DNA of 64,000 nt from Bacteroidales bacterium (GTDB lineage Bacteria > Bacteroidota > Bacteroidia > Bacteroidales > F082). The translations under genes and the position numbers were made by a program. The notes under the pieces are model-generated. The model ran no database searches. It was not told where the DNA came from and was given only the letters and a program-made list of their open reading frames with translations. This document shows positions 9,734-18,300 of the stretch, in pieces. The stretch lies in contig JAFRRS010000013.1 of the NCBI GenBank assembly GCA_017427985.1, positions 4,565-68,564 on the forward strand, written 5' to 3'. Numbering within the stretch: position 1 is the first letter of the stretch; the number at the start of each line of letters is the position of its first letter.

Positions 9734-10642
9734 CTATTTCAGTAATTTGGAGAAAACGTCTGAATACTTAAGAATATTCTTTCTGATCTCCTTGATATCT
9801 TCATCATTAAAAGTTTTATCTCCTTTTTTCGTTATAAGAACTTCCTTCCCTTCCACTACTTTACTTACACAATGTGCCAATTGATTCCTGATTTCAACAA
9901 TTTCTGCCATATAGTCTTCAAAGAAGTTCGCGCGAGTAGGAGAATATAATTCTTTTGGGATTATATAGTTAACAGCTTTCGCCATTTGGGCTGATTCCAT
10001 ATTAGGTATTACTTCTTGTATCGGTATGCTTTTCCATTTGTGATAGCAAACCTTCTCCTTTTTACCACATCCATCCAAAGCATTCTTTATTCTTTCTTCT
10101 TGTTTTCTTGTTATATGATCGTGAAAAGTTTTTATTAGAATGTCTGTCTCATTCTGGACATAATATTTGTTTATCAAATCTAACATTATACCATCTAATT
10201 CGCTCACTTCAGCCATCACGAGCCCACGTAAATTATTCAAATCTTGAACTTTTCGAATGGTTGTCTGAATAACTACTTTTATCTTGTTTAAAAACAAGTC
10301 TTTATCTCGCCCCGAAAAATAGACACCTTCCAAATCCAAAGCTTGAGCTTTTTGTTTGATCTTTTGAAGCCCATCGGCAGAATAGAACACAACATCCGTA
10401 TAAATTTCTTTGTCTCGGATATTTTTTATCAGTAAATCTCCCGAAGGTTCGGTTTCAAGGTTTAAATCCATTAAAATGAGATCGTAGTTATTATATTGGA
10501 TTGTATCATCTTGTTTGGAATACAAATCCCAATTTAATACCAAACCATAGTCTCCTTCAACAATCTCTTTAAGATCGTCTTCTATGGATTCAGCCCAATC
10601 CGAATCATTTTCAACCCAAAGTATCTGATATTTTAATCTCAT
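9734..10642 (-). CDS. receiver (REC)-like protein with a C-terminal helical HEPN-like domain (R252-N-Q-L-A-H257)
   Basis: The N-terminus reads ILWVENDSD ... DLILMD59LNL ... VVFYS88A, which fits a CheY-like fold. The C-terminal ~160 aa is all-helical and carries RNQLAH (nt 9872-9889). A 2-nt gap separates it from the upstream kinase-like gene. Confidence 0.55.
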   Translation of the reverse strand: MRLKYQILWVENDSDWAESIEDDLKEIVEGDYGLVLNWDLYSKQDDTIQYNNYDLILMDLNLETEPSGDLLIKNIRDKEIYTDVVFYSADGLQKIKQKAQALDLEGVYFSGRDKDLFLNKIKVVIQTTIRKVQDLNNLRGLVMAEVSELDGIMLDLINKYYVQNETDILIKTFHDHITRKQEERIKNALDGCGKKEKVCYHKWKSIPIQEVIPNMESAQMAKAVNYIIPKELYSPTRANFFEDYMAEIVEIRNQLAHCVSKVVEGKEVLITKKGDKTFNDEDIKEIRKNILKYSDVFSKLLK

Positions 10643-10644
10643 AT

Positions 10645-13218
10645 TCAGAATATTATATCTAATTTTAACCCTTTTCCTTTGTTATTGTTTTGAGAACGAT
10701 AGGCCGTATCAATAGAAATAGAGCCTTTCAATTCTTTTTCAACAAACATTTTAGCATTAAACAACCCCAACCCAGATCCTGACGTTGTAGTTACTCCTTT
10801 CTCGAAAATATCCTGTTGATTTTCTAAACTATTTGCAATGCCATGTCCATCATCAAAAATGCTCATTTCAATTTGACTGCCCTTTTGAGAAAACACAACA
10901 TTGAAATGACGAGCTCCGGCTTTGATGGAATTAGAAAGAAGATTGTCAATTAATAGGTTTAACTCTAAAGGACGAAACTTCATAATGCGTTTGCAATTGT
11001 TTGTTTTACAAATGAGATTAATTTCTTCGTAATAATCCGGAAGCACGGATGTCAAATACTGATTTACAAACTCCACAATATCTGCGTCCAAAGATTCTCC
11101 TTCCACGTTAAAATTGGCTTTTGTGGCAAATCTTGAAATGGACAGCACCTTTCTATTTGCCTTGGAAATACGCTCCAACGCTTTAGTGAGATTACCTTTA
11201 TCTATTGTACCCTTATACAACTGTTTGATGATACTGTCCAAAGAATTCTGGATCGTATGCGCATTCAATCTGATATCGTGATGATACTTGATAATTCTAT
11301 CTTTATCGAGATTATCTACCGATTGCAGGAAAAGATTTTGTTTTGTTTTTTGATCAAGTTTTTTCTCTGCTTTTTTTCTCTTTTCTTCTTCCTCTTTTCT
11401 TTTCTGTTCAGCTTCTTTACGAAGCAATTCTTCTTCCCGTCTTTTAAGCTCTGCTTCTTTTGCTTGCAATTCTGCTTTTCGTTTTGCCTCGGCTTCTTCC
11501 TCTTTTTTCCTCTCTGCCTCTATTCTTTTAATTGTTTCTTCTTGGGCTTTGCGTTCAGATTCCTCTCTCTTTTTCTCCGCTTCGATGGCTCTTTGTTCAG
11601 CTTCCTCTTTTTCTTTTCTGAGTTTTCTTATATGTTGTTTTGCTTCGTCGATGCTCAGAAGCATATTTTCATCATTTGTGCTTTCAGCGATTTTCTCAAG
11701 ATCGTTGAGAAATTGAGGTTTTATGTTGTCAATCTCTTCTGGATCAGACAGAATATTTGCAAGATCTTTGTTGTAAGAGACGATTTCAACATTTTTATCA
11801 CGAGTAAGGGTTTTTATGAGTTGAATAAAATCTATCTTACTTCCAATGCTTGAATTAATCAAATAATTGGGATTGTCGTTCTCCTTATCATTTTCGAGTA
11901 GTTCTTTTCTTCTTTCCAGAGCTTCATTGGCATCTTTAAAATATTCTTTTTTCAAAAAAGCTTCGCCCCAAAGCACACCAGAAACATATCTCTCCAATCT
12001 TCTATGAGCAACTTCGAAAAGATTAAAAAGTTGTTGTGAAGTTTGGGTTTCAATCAATCCTCCATCGCGACTTGACACCTCCTTCAGTTCCTCAACATTA
12101 TCTGTCAAGACATCAACCCTGCCAAACAAATCACGTGTTCCAAGAAAACGATTATGTCCTTGTTGTGCACGGTAATCGAGCCCCCAGCTGTCATCTCCGG
12201 TATTGCCAAATGGCATTATCCTAAATCCATTTCTGAATAAAAAAACCGAACCATAATTAACAGGTTCAATGCCCATTAATCTGGTAAAATTATTTTTTGC
12301 AGAACGGTTTAGGAAATAGAGATTGATACTAACATCCTTCAGTTTGTCAAAAGAATTGTTTTTCTCATGAATAGTGTACATCTCGACCCCGCGATCGGTA
12401 AGTGTTGTGGTAATGTGATCGGGAGACAATTTCACATCTATCTGGGTCGTTTTTAGATCAAGAATGCTTGTTATACTATTTTTTAAAATCCCATTGACCA
12501 ACTCTCTTTCGTGTTTGCCTTTCTCAATACAACTCTTATCCTCAGCGAGCTCTCTATTGCACTTTATTTCGATGCCGAAATCACTCGTTTCCGCAAAAGG
12601 ATTGATTAATTTTTCAAGAGAATGCTTGAGATCCAATAAACGTTTCCTGTTCCAAGGCATTTTTTCATCATTCAGCCTTTTAATCTCAAGAATAGTTCCG
12701 TGTGTCTCTTTTTCAGGAAAAATCGCATTAGAAGTAGTTAAGGTATCGTGTCCTACATTAACATTAGCAAATTCTAAATTCTGGTCAATTTCGAAATCGG
12801 TCCAATCAACTTGAATAATTTCAAGCGTGTTTGAAGAAACACTTTTTGTCTTTAGTAATAATTCTTTGCCCAATCGATCACATGAAAAACGCCCAATACC
12901 TTTGGCTCCCGCATAATGACGCCTGATTTTATCTCTATATGATGTTTGTTTGTCATCTGAATCGTTATCTTCAGTACCATCCTTCTTAGCTGAGTACCCT
13001 AAAAAAAGCCATTTCTTTTTTATATCTTTTAAAGACATTCCCTTGCCATTATCTGCAATAATAATTTTGTCGTCAAGGAATTCTATTTCCACTTTTTTTG
13101 CGTAAGCATCATAGGCATTTTTCACCAACTCAAATATGGCCACATTATCATTGATAATTAAATCTTTACCAACAAGATCTTTTAAAGCCGAACTAATTTT
13201 AAACTGCAGCTGTTCCAT
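10645..13218 (-). CDS. dual-GHKL protein: N-terminal MORC/MutL/Hsp90-class ATPase, E/K/R-rich helix, C-terminal histidine-kinase core
   Basis: N-terminal motifs: ELVKNAYDA, ADNGKGM, GAKGIGRFS. Residues 531-622 are almost pure E/K/R/A/Q. The H-box-like segment is YHHDIRLNAHTI (aa 645-656). The kinase core has N-box DNLLSNSIKA, G1 DDGHGI and G2 GSGLGL. No TM segment or signal peptide is present. Confidence 0.65.
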   Translation of the reverse strand: MEQLQFKISSALKDLVGKDLIINDNVAIFELVKNAYDAYAKKVEIEFLDDKIIIADNGKGMSLKDIKKKWLFLGYSAKKDGTEDNDSDDKQTSYRDKIRRHYAGAKGIGRFSCDRLGKELLLKTKSVSSNTLEIIQVDWTDFEIDQNLEFANVNVGHDTLTTSNAIFPEKETHGTILEIKRLNDEKMPWNRKRLLDLKHSLEKLINPFAETSDFGIEIKCNRELAEDKSCIEKGKHERELVNGILKNSITSILDLKTTQIDVKLSPDHITTTLTDRGVEMYTIHEKNNSFDKLKDVSINLYFLNRSAKNNFTRLMGIEPVNYGSVFLFRNGFRIMPFGNTGDDSWGLDYRAQQGHNRFLGTRDLFGRVDVLTDNVEELKEVSSRDGGLIETQTSQQLFNLFEVAHRRLERYVSGVLWGEAFLKKEYFKDANEALERRKELLENDKENDNPNYLINSSIGSKIDFIQLIKTLTRDKNVEIVSYNKDLANILSDPEEIDNIKPQFLNDLEKIAESTNDENMLLSIDEAKQHIRKLRKEKEEAEQRAIEAEKKREESERKAQEETIKRIEAERKKEEEAEAKRKAELQAKEAELKRREEELLRKEAEQKRKEEEEKRKKAEKKLDQKTKQNLFLQSVDNLDKDRIIKYHHDIRLNAHTIQNSLDSIIKQLYKGTIDKGNLTKALERISKANRKVLSISRFATKANFNVEGESLDADIVEFVNQYLTSVLPDYYEEINLICKTNNCKRIMKFRPLELNLLIDNLLSNSIKAGARHFNVVFSQKGSQIEMSIFDDGHGIANSLENQQDIFEKGVTTTSGSGLGLFNAKMFVEKELKGSISIDTAYRSQNNNKGKGLKLDIIF

Positions 13219-14494
13219 GTTGTAGCATATTTAATAAAACTTCCCCCGCCAATTCCGCAAATAAAGGCGGAATGGCATTCCCAATTTGGGTGTAACGGGG
13301 TACTTCCAACTTGCGCATCTTGCCGCCAGTGGTATATTTCTTTTTAATCTCATACCAATCGGGAAACGATTGGATACGGGCACATTCACGAACGGTCATG
13401 ATGCGAGGTTCTGAATAGTGCAAATAGTCATCTGGACTGCCGGTAATGGTCGGAGAGACCACATTGGAATCCAAAATGGTGATGCCACGCTGCTTGATGC
13501 CCCATTGCTCACGTGTCTCTCCGTCAATTCGTTTGCCACGTTGCGGATATTCAGATAGCAAGCGTTTGTAGCAATTGATTTTATCTGGTGTTTGTTTGGC
13601 AAAACTGTGGCTATCTGCTATTCCATGCGTTTCTGGATAGTCGCCTCGCATCAACTTTTGGTATGCCGTCGGTTTCTTCTTGCCATATTTTCCGGAATAA
13701 AAGCCTTTGCGATCTGGTGTGGGTTCTTCTCCGTTGGATCGAAGCAAGTCAGAAATTGCGTCCTGCAAAGTGTTGGTGGACTTTAAGCCTTTTTGCGCCA
13801 GAAACGCATCTCGATTGGCTTTTAACAAACCTTCGAAACAATCAGGCGTTCCTAACTCTTTTCGAATTCCAACAAGAATAAAACGCTTGCGACGTTGAGG
13901 GACACCATACTCTGAAAAATCAATCACATGTGGTTTCACATTGTAACCCAAATCTCCCAACCCACGAATCACTTTGAGGGAATAGGGTTCATTCTCGGAA
14001 GAAGCCGATTTCCCTTTGTCGAAAGCATAAGTGAAGCCTTTCACATTCTCAAAAAGGATCATTTTAGGTCTAACTAAGTCGATGAATTTTATATATGAAA
14101 ACACCAACTGGTTTCTTACATCTTCTTCAACACGTTTGCCAGCCATAGAAAAACCTTGGCAAGGCGGTCCGCCAGCCACTAAGTCCACGTTCCCACGCAA
14201 AGATTTCAGTTGCTCCGAATACTTTTCCAATACCTCGTTGATGTCGTGTTCGGTTTTAGGCAGCCATTCCGGCCAATCAAAGTGGTTCTTGTTATCAATA
14301 AGGTTGTATTTTAATGTTTCAAAAGCAAATGCGTTTTTCTCAATAGCGAACAAGCCATGCCATCCCGATTGATAAAGCCCCAAAGACAAACCTCCACAAC
14401 CCGCAAATAGATCTATTACCGTACGAAACGCCAACTGTTTTCCCTTTTCAACAGAAGACAACTTATTATTACTCTTATAGTTAGCGTTTTTCAT
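13199..14494 (-). CDS. DNA (cytosine-5)-methyltransferase (MTase 1)
   Basis: Motifs read: I DLFAGCGGLSLG, IV GGPPCQGFS, VI FENVKGF, VIII QRRKRFILVG, IX TVRECARIQSFPD, X IGNAIPP. The stop overlaps the start of the kinase-like gene by 20 nt. Confidence 0.9.
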   Translation of the reverse strand: MKNANYKSNNKLSSVEKGKQLAFRTVIDLFAGCGGLSLGLYQSGWHGLFAIEKNAFAFETLKYNLIDNKNHFDWPEWLPKTEHDINEVLEKYSEQLKSLRGNVDLVAGGPPCQGFSMAGKRVEEDVRNQLVFSYIKFIDLVRPKMILFENVKGFTYAFDKGKSASSENEPYSLKVIRGLGDLGYNVKPHVIDFSEYGVPQRRKRFILVGIRKELGTPDCFEGLLKANRDAFLAQKGLKSTNTLQDAISDLLRSNGEEPTPDRKGFYSGKYGKKKPTAYQKLMRGDYPETHGIADSHSFAKQTPDKINCYKRLLSEYPQRGKRIDGETREQWGIKQRGITILDSNVVSPTITGSPDDYLHYSEPRIMTVRECARIQSFPDWYEIKKKYTTGGKMRKLEVPRYTQIGNAIPPLFAELAGEVLLNMLQHGTAAV

Positions 14495-14526
14495 ATCAAA
14501 ACAGATTTACTATATCCCTTAATTTG

Positions 14527-14534
14527 CAAATATA
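14527..14534 (-). promoter_or_regulatory. Bacteroidota -7 box (TATATTTG) for the defence-island operon
   Basis: The reverse complement of CAAATATA matches TAnnTTTG. It lies 32 nt upstream of the ATG at 14494. Confidence 0.45.
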
Positions 14535-14594
14535 AAAATTATTTTTCAAATAAAGTATACAATTTGTACATTTTTTTCTTAACATCAAAACACC

Positions 14595-14623
14595 AAAAAA
14601 AGCCGACGAGTTTCCTCATCGGC
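14595..14623 (-). terminator. rho-independent terminator of rplU-rpmA
   Basis: The minus-strand RNA reads GCCGAUGAG-GAAA-CUCGUCGGC followed by U7. Confidence 0.75.
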
Positions 14624-14672
14624 CTATTTTTCTGTTCGTTTCCAATTGGGCGAATATGATTCGCCCCTACGC

Positions 14673-14945
14673 TTACTCTGTCACCTCGGCGCTTACCGGG
14701 ATAACTGAAACGTAAGAACGGTTTTCTCTCTTCTTACGGAATTCCACGATGCCGTCTGTCAATGCGAACAAAGTGTGGTCCTTGCCCATGCCGACATTGT
14801 CACCTGGATTGTGTTTAGTACCGCGCTGGCGAACGATGATGTTGCCCGCGATGACTGCCTGTCCACCGAAAACCTTAACTCCGAGTCGCTTGCTGTGTGA
14901 TTCACGACCGTTTTCGGAACTACCAACGCCTTTCTTGTGTGCCAT
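14673..14945 (-). CDS. rpmA: 50S ribosomal protein L27
   Basis: The N-terminus [29 protein letters not shown] is the canonical L27 N-terminus. Confidence 0.97.
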   Translation of the reverse strand: MAHKKGVGSSENGRESHSKRLGVKVFGGQAVIAGNIIVRQRGTKHNPGDNVGMGKDHTLFALTDGIVEFRKKRENRSYVSVIPVSAEVTE

Positions 14946-14969
14946 AATTCTTTAAATTTTTTCGGTTTA

Positions 14970-15281
14970 TTATTCAGTGATGTTTTCAATGCGCACCTTG
15001 CTCAGATCCTGACGGTGGCCGTTGAGAGTCTGGTAACCTTTTCTTCTTTTCTTCTTGAAAACAAGAACCTTGTCTGCTCTCAGATGCTGGATGATCTTAG
15101 CATCTACCTTGGCACCTTCGAGGACGGGGGTGCCTACCCTTGTGCTGCCGTCATTGTCGATCAACAACACCTTGTCGAAGCTGATAGCGCTGTCGACATC
15201 GCCATTCAAGCGGTTGCAGAAGATTTCGTCTCCCTTGCTCACCTTGAACTGCTGCCCTGCTATTTCTACGATTGCGTACAT
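14970..15281 (-). CDS. rplU: 50S ribosomal protein L21
   Basis: The conserved N-terminus MYAIVEIAGQQFKV begins at the internal ATG 15281. A -7 box TATTTTTG (reverse complement of 15319-15326) lies between that ATG and the ORF-track start at 15329. Confidence 0.93.
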   Translation of the reverse strand: MYAIVEIAGQQFKVSKGDEIFCNRLNGDVDSAISFDKVLLIDNDGSTRVGTPVLEGAKVDAKIIQHLRADKVLVFKKKRRKGYQTLNGHRQDLSKVRIENITE

Positions 15282-15366
15282 TAATTTGTATTTATATTTT
15301 TTCAAATTTTTCGGACTGCAAAAATACAACTTTTATTAATACACGCAACAATTTTCTGAAATTAAT

Positions 15367-18300
15367 TTATCTCACCACAATTTTTTGTGTTTGTTCGTTT
15401 AATTTCAAAATGTATACGCCAGTTTGTAAAGACGTTTCAGGAAACGTCTCCACCCCATTTACGCGCCTGCTTGCAATCATGCGCCCCATCACATCGAAGA
15501 TTTGCAGCTCGCCTTCGCCTGTGATAATTATTTCAGCACCATTTTGATAGGCAAAATGCCCCTGCAGAGACGCAAAATTTTGCGTCTCTGCAAACACGAT
15601 TATAAACCTTTCTTGTCTATCGGTTGGCGAACCGATGAAGGTGTAGCGGTTGTTTTCGGTTAAATCAACAACAACATCTTCTAATCTATCGATTAATTTT
15701 ATGTCCGGTAGAGACGTTTCCTGAAACGTCTCACCCAAACGCGAAAAATAAGACGTTTCAGGAAACGTCTCTACGGAAATGGTATATTGTCCCATTTCTT
15801 TCGCCTTGAAATTCAGCGGAATCTCGCCCTGGCGGCTGCTAGAAACCATAGCGTAATCCTTGCCGTCTTGCGGGACGTATAATTTTGTGCTGCCGTCGAA
15901 GACCTGCAATTTCTCCATTGTTTTCTTGCTGTCGAAACGCACTATTGCGCGGTCGATGACGCTGCCACGGTTTCCTTTGCTGAGGTTGATGACTACCTGT
16001 CCTGATTCAGATTTTTGACCGCTGCCTTTGCCTGGCGCTTCGGTGGTGAATGTCAGCGTCTCACCGTCTTCGTCCGCGTGAACGAAGATGCCTTCCATAG
16101 CTTCAACATGGTAATCAGCGCGTTCAGCGAGTACAATTTCGCTGCCGTCGTCGTTCATAACATAGAAATCGCGGTCGATGTAAGCCGTTTCAGCAAACGG
16201 GTTGCCCACGAGGTTCCAGCCTTCCATTTCAGCACCCGGTGTCTTGGTGAGGGTGACCGTACCATCACCGCTGTAATGCTCGCCGTTGAAGGTGAGCGTC
16301 ACATCTTCGCTGTTGGCATAGAGATAGCCTCTTCCCTGCTCAAGGTCGAAATGATAGTGGTCGGATTCATCTGCCTTCCAGTTTTCCCATTCCGCATCGG
16401 CGGCTTGGTTGAAGCGGTATAGGTCGTAGGTGTTTTTGGTGAGGCCATTCACATCTGTTGGGAAGACGTCATTAGCCAAAGGCGAAGCGATGAGGTTCCA
16501 GCCGTCATTGCCATCGGGAGTGTAATGTGCTATGTCGAGAGTGACTGTTTGTTGGGATTCAACTTTCTTGTAAAGCGAAAACGATCCGCCAGTATTTGTT
16601 GTAGAGCAATCGAAACCTATGATCTGTCCGTAAGTATTGTGATATCTAAGATAAGGATAGCTTCCACCGCACCTGAAATCGTAAACGGATGTCCCCTCCA
16701 CCGTCCAGAGACCAAAGCCATCGTTATGGTCATTTGCATTTTCAACTAAATCAACCTTGTAGCAAAAATAATATGCTGCGTATTTTTGGGCTTCAGCGCT
16801 GTAGATAGTCCAACGGTCGTCATTTGGGGCGATGTGCCAAACAATGTCTGTTTGGTCTGTAGTAATCACGTCATCAATCGCAGTAACATTCGTATATTGG
16901 AATACACGGTTCATTAACATGCTGCTCATGGCAGCGCCATCTTTTACAATCAGATAGTCGCCTTCAACAAGGTCTCCGCTGAATAGTTCATAATGGTCAC
17001 CAGTTGGAGTGCCAGGCTCCACAGTGGCACTGACAGTCACGTTGGCATCGGGCATCACGAAGGAAAAAACGCCGTTGTCAGGCTCGATGTTGTAGTCGTT
17101 GCCGCCGTAAGAGAGGGTGGCTGAGGTGAGCTTATAGCCTTCTTGTGCGCCCAGCGTGACGGTATATCCGACACTGCTATAGATGTAGGTGGTATTGCCG
17201 TCGTTATATTTAATGGCATGGTTGCCAAAGCCGATGGCGGTAATGCCGCTCACGTTGTAGATGGTTTCCTCGCCTTTGAGGATGACGCCCTCGCCGAGAG
17301 TGATGGTGCGGGCGCGGCGAGCGCCGTCAATGTCGTTGCCCCTTACACCGCCAGGCACTATGGCACTGGTGGTGTTGTAGTAGTTGTTGGTGTAAAAGCA
17401 CTGATACATGTTACCGCCAATTATTGCGCCACTACTCTCATCGGAGATGACGGCAGTGCCGGTGTAAAGGCAGTTACAGACGATGGTATAGCAATCGTTG
17501 TTATAGAGTTCCGTGTTGTTGCCTACGATGCCGCCATACAAACGGCTAGCCGTTGACTCCACTCTGTTTTCGATGACGGTAGCGCCACTGACACATCCGA
17601 CCACTGAGCCCAGGTTATAGCCCGCGATGCCGGCGTGGCGAGGTGAAACGTCACCACCGGCATAGATGTTGACGCTATTCTCCACGCGGCAGTTATAAAT
17701 GATCCCTGTGTTGAGACCCACGATGCCGCCAACACTAGCTCTCCCAGCGAAGGTACAGTCGGTGAGGGCAACGTTCCTAACGGTAGCCGTAGTGTTATCG
17801 GTATCATAACCAATACGGCCGAAAAGACCGACATTTTCGTCGTTCCAGTTAACCCAGATGCCGCTTATGGTGTGGCCGCCGCCGTCATAAACGCCATTGA
17901 AAGTGTTTGCTAATTGGCGTCCGATTGGGACGTAGTTGTTTTCTGTGCCGTCATAAACCAGGTCGACTGTCTGGAGGAAGAACTTGTCGCTGTAATCGTT
18001 GCCTTCATTGACCTTGGTTGCCAGCCTATCCAAATCAAGGGTTGTTCTTATCAGGAAGGGGCTTTCAGCGGTACCATCACCGCTCCATGGGGCAATTTCG
18101 ATGATGGCTGTAACGGTGACATCCTTGTCGGGCATGTCGAAGGTGTAAACGCCGGCAGTTTCGGTTACAGCGACATCGTTGTTGTTTGAATCTTTCACGC
18201 TGAAACCGGCAAATGCGTAGTCATCGGGTGCAGTGCCGGTGTAATCGAGGGTTAGCGTCTGTGTGGCGCCGCTGAAGATAGGGTTGTTGCTACGACGCAT

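Noticed and set aside
11257-11853. 198-aa plus-strand ORF rich in F/L/S (FFFLFSFLFSFF...)
   Set aside because: It is the antisense reading of the E/K/R-rich helix of the 857-aa kinase-like gene. This is a low-complexity artefact.
3938-14672. Flanking direct repeats or att-like sites at the edges of the defence island
   Set aside because: The only similarity seen between the two borders is the generic reversed -7 promoter box context (TGCAAA.ATAAAAA). No convincing duplication was found, and no integrase is present.
15563-15592. A link between the hairpins (which contain GACGC/GCGTC and CGTCTC) and the specificity of the neighbouring LlaJI-like R-M system (the prototype recognises GACGC, as I recall)
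   Set aside because: The specificity of this system cannot be read from the sequence. The motif overlap may be coincidental. It should only be revisited if methylome data reveal the modified motif.
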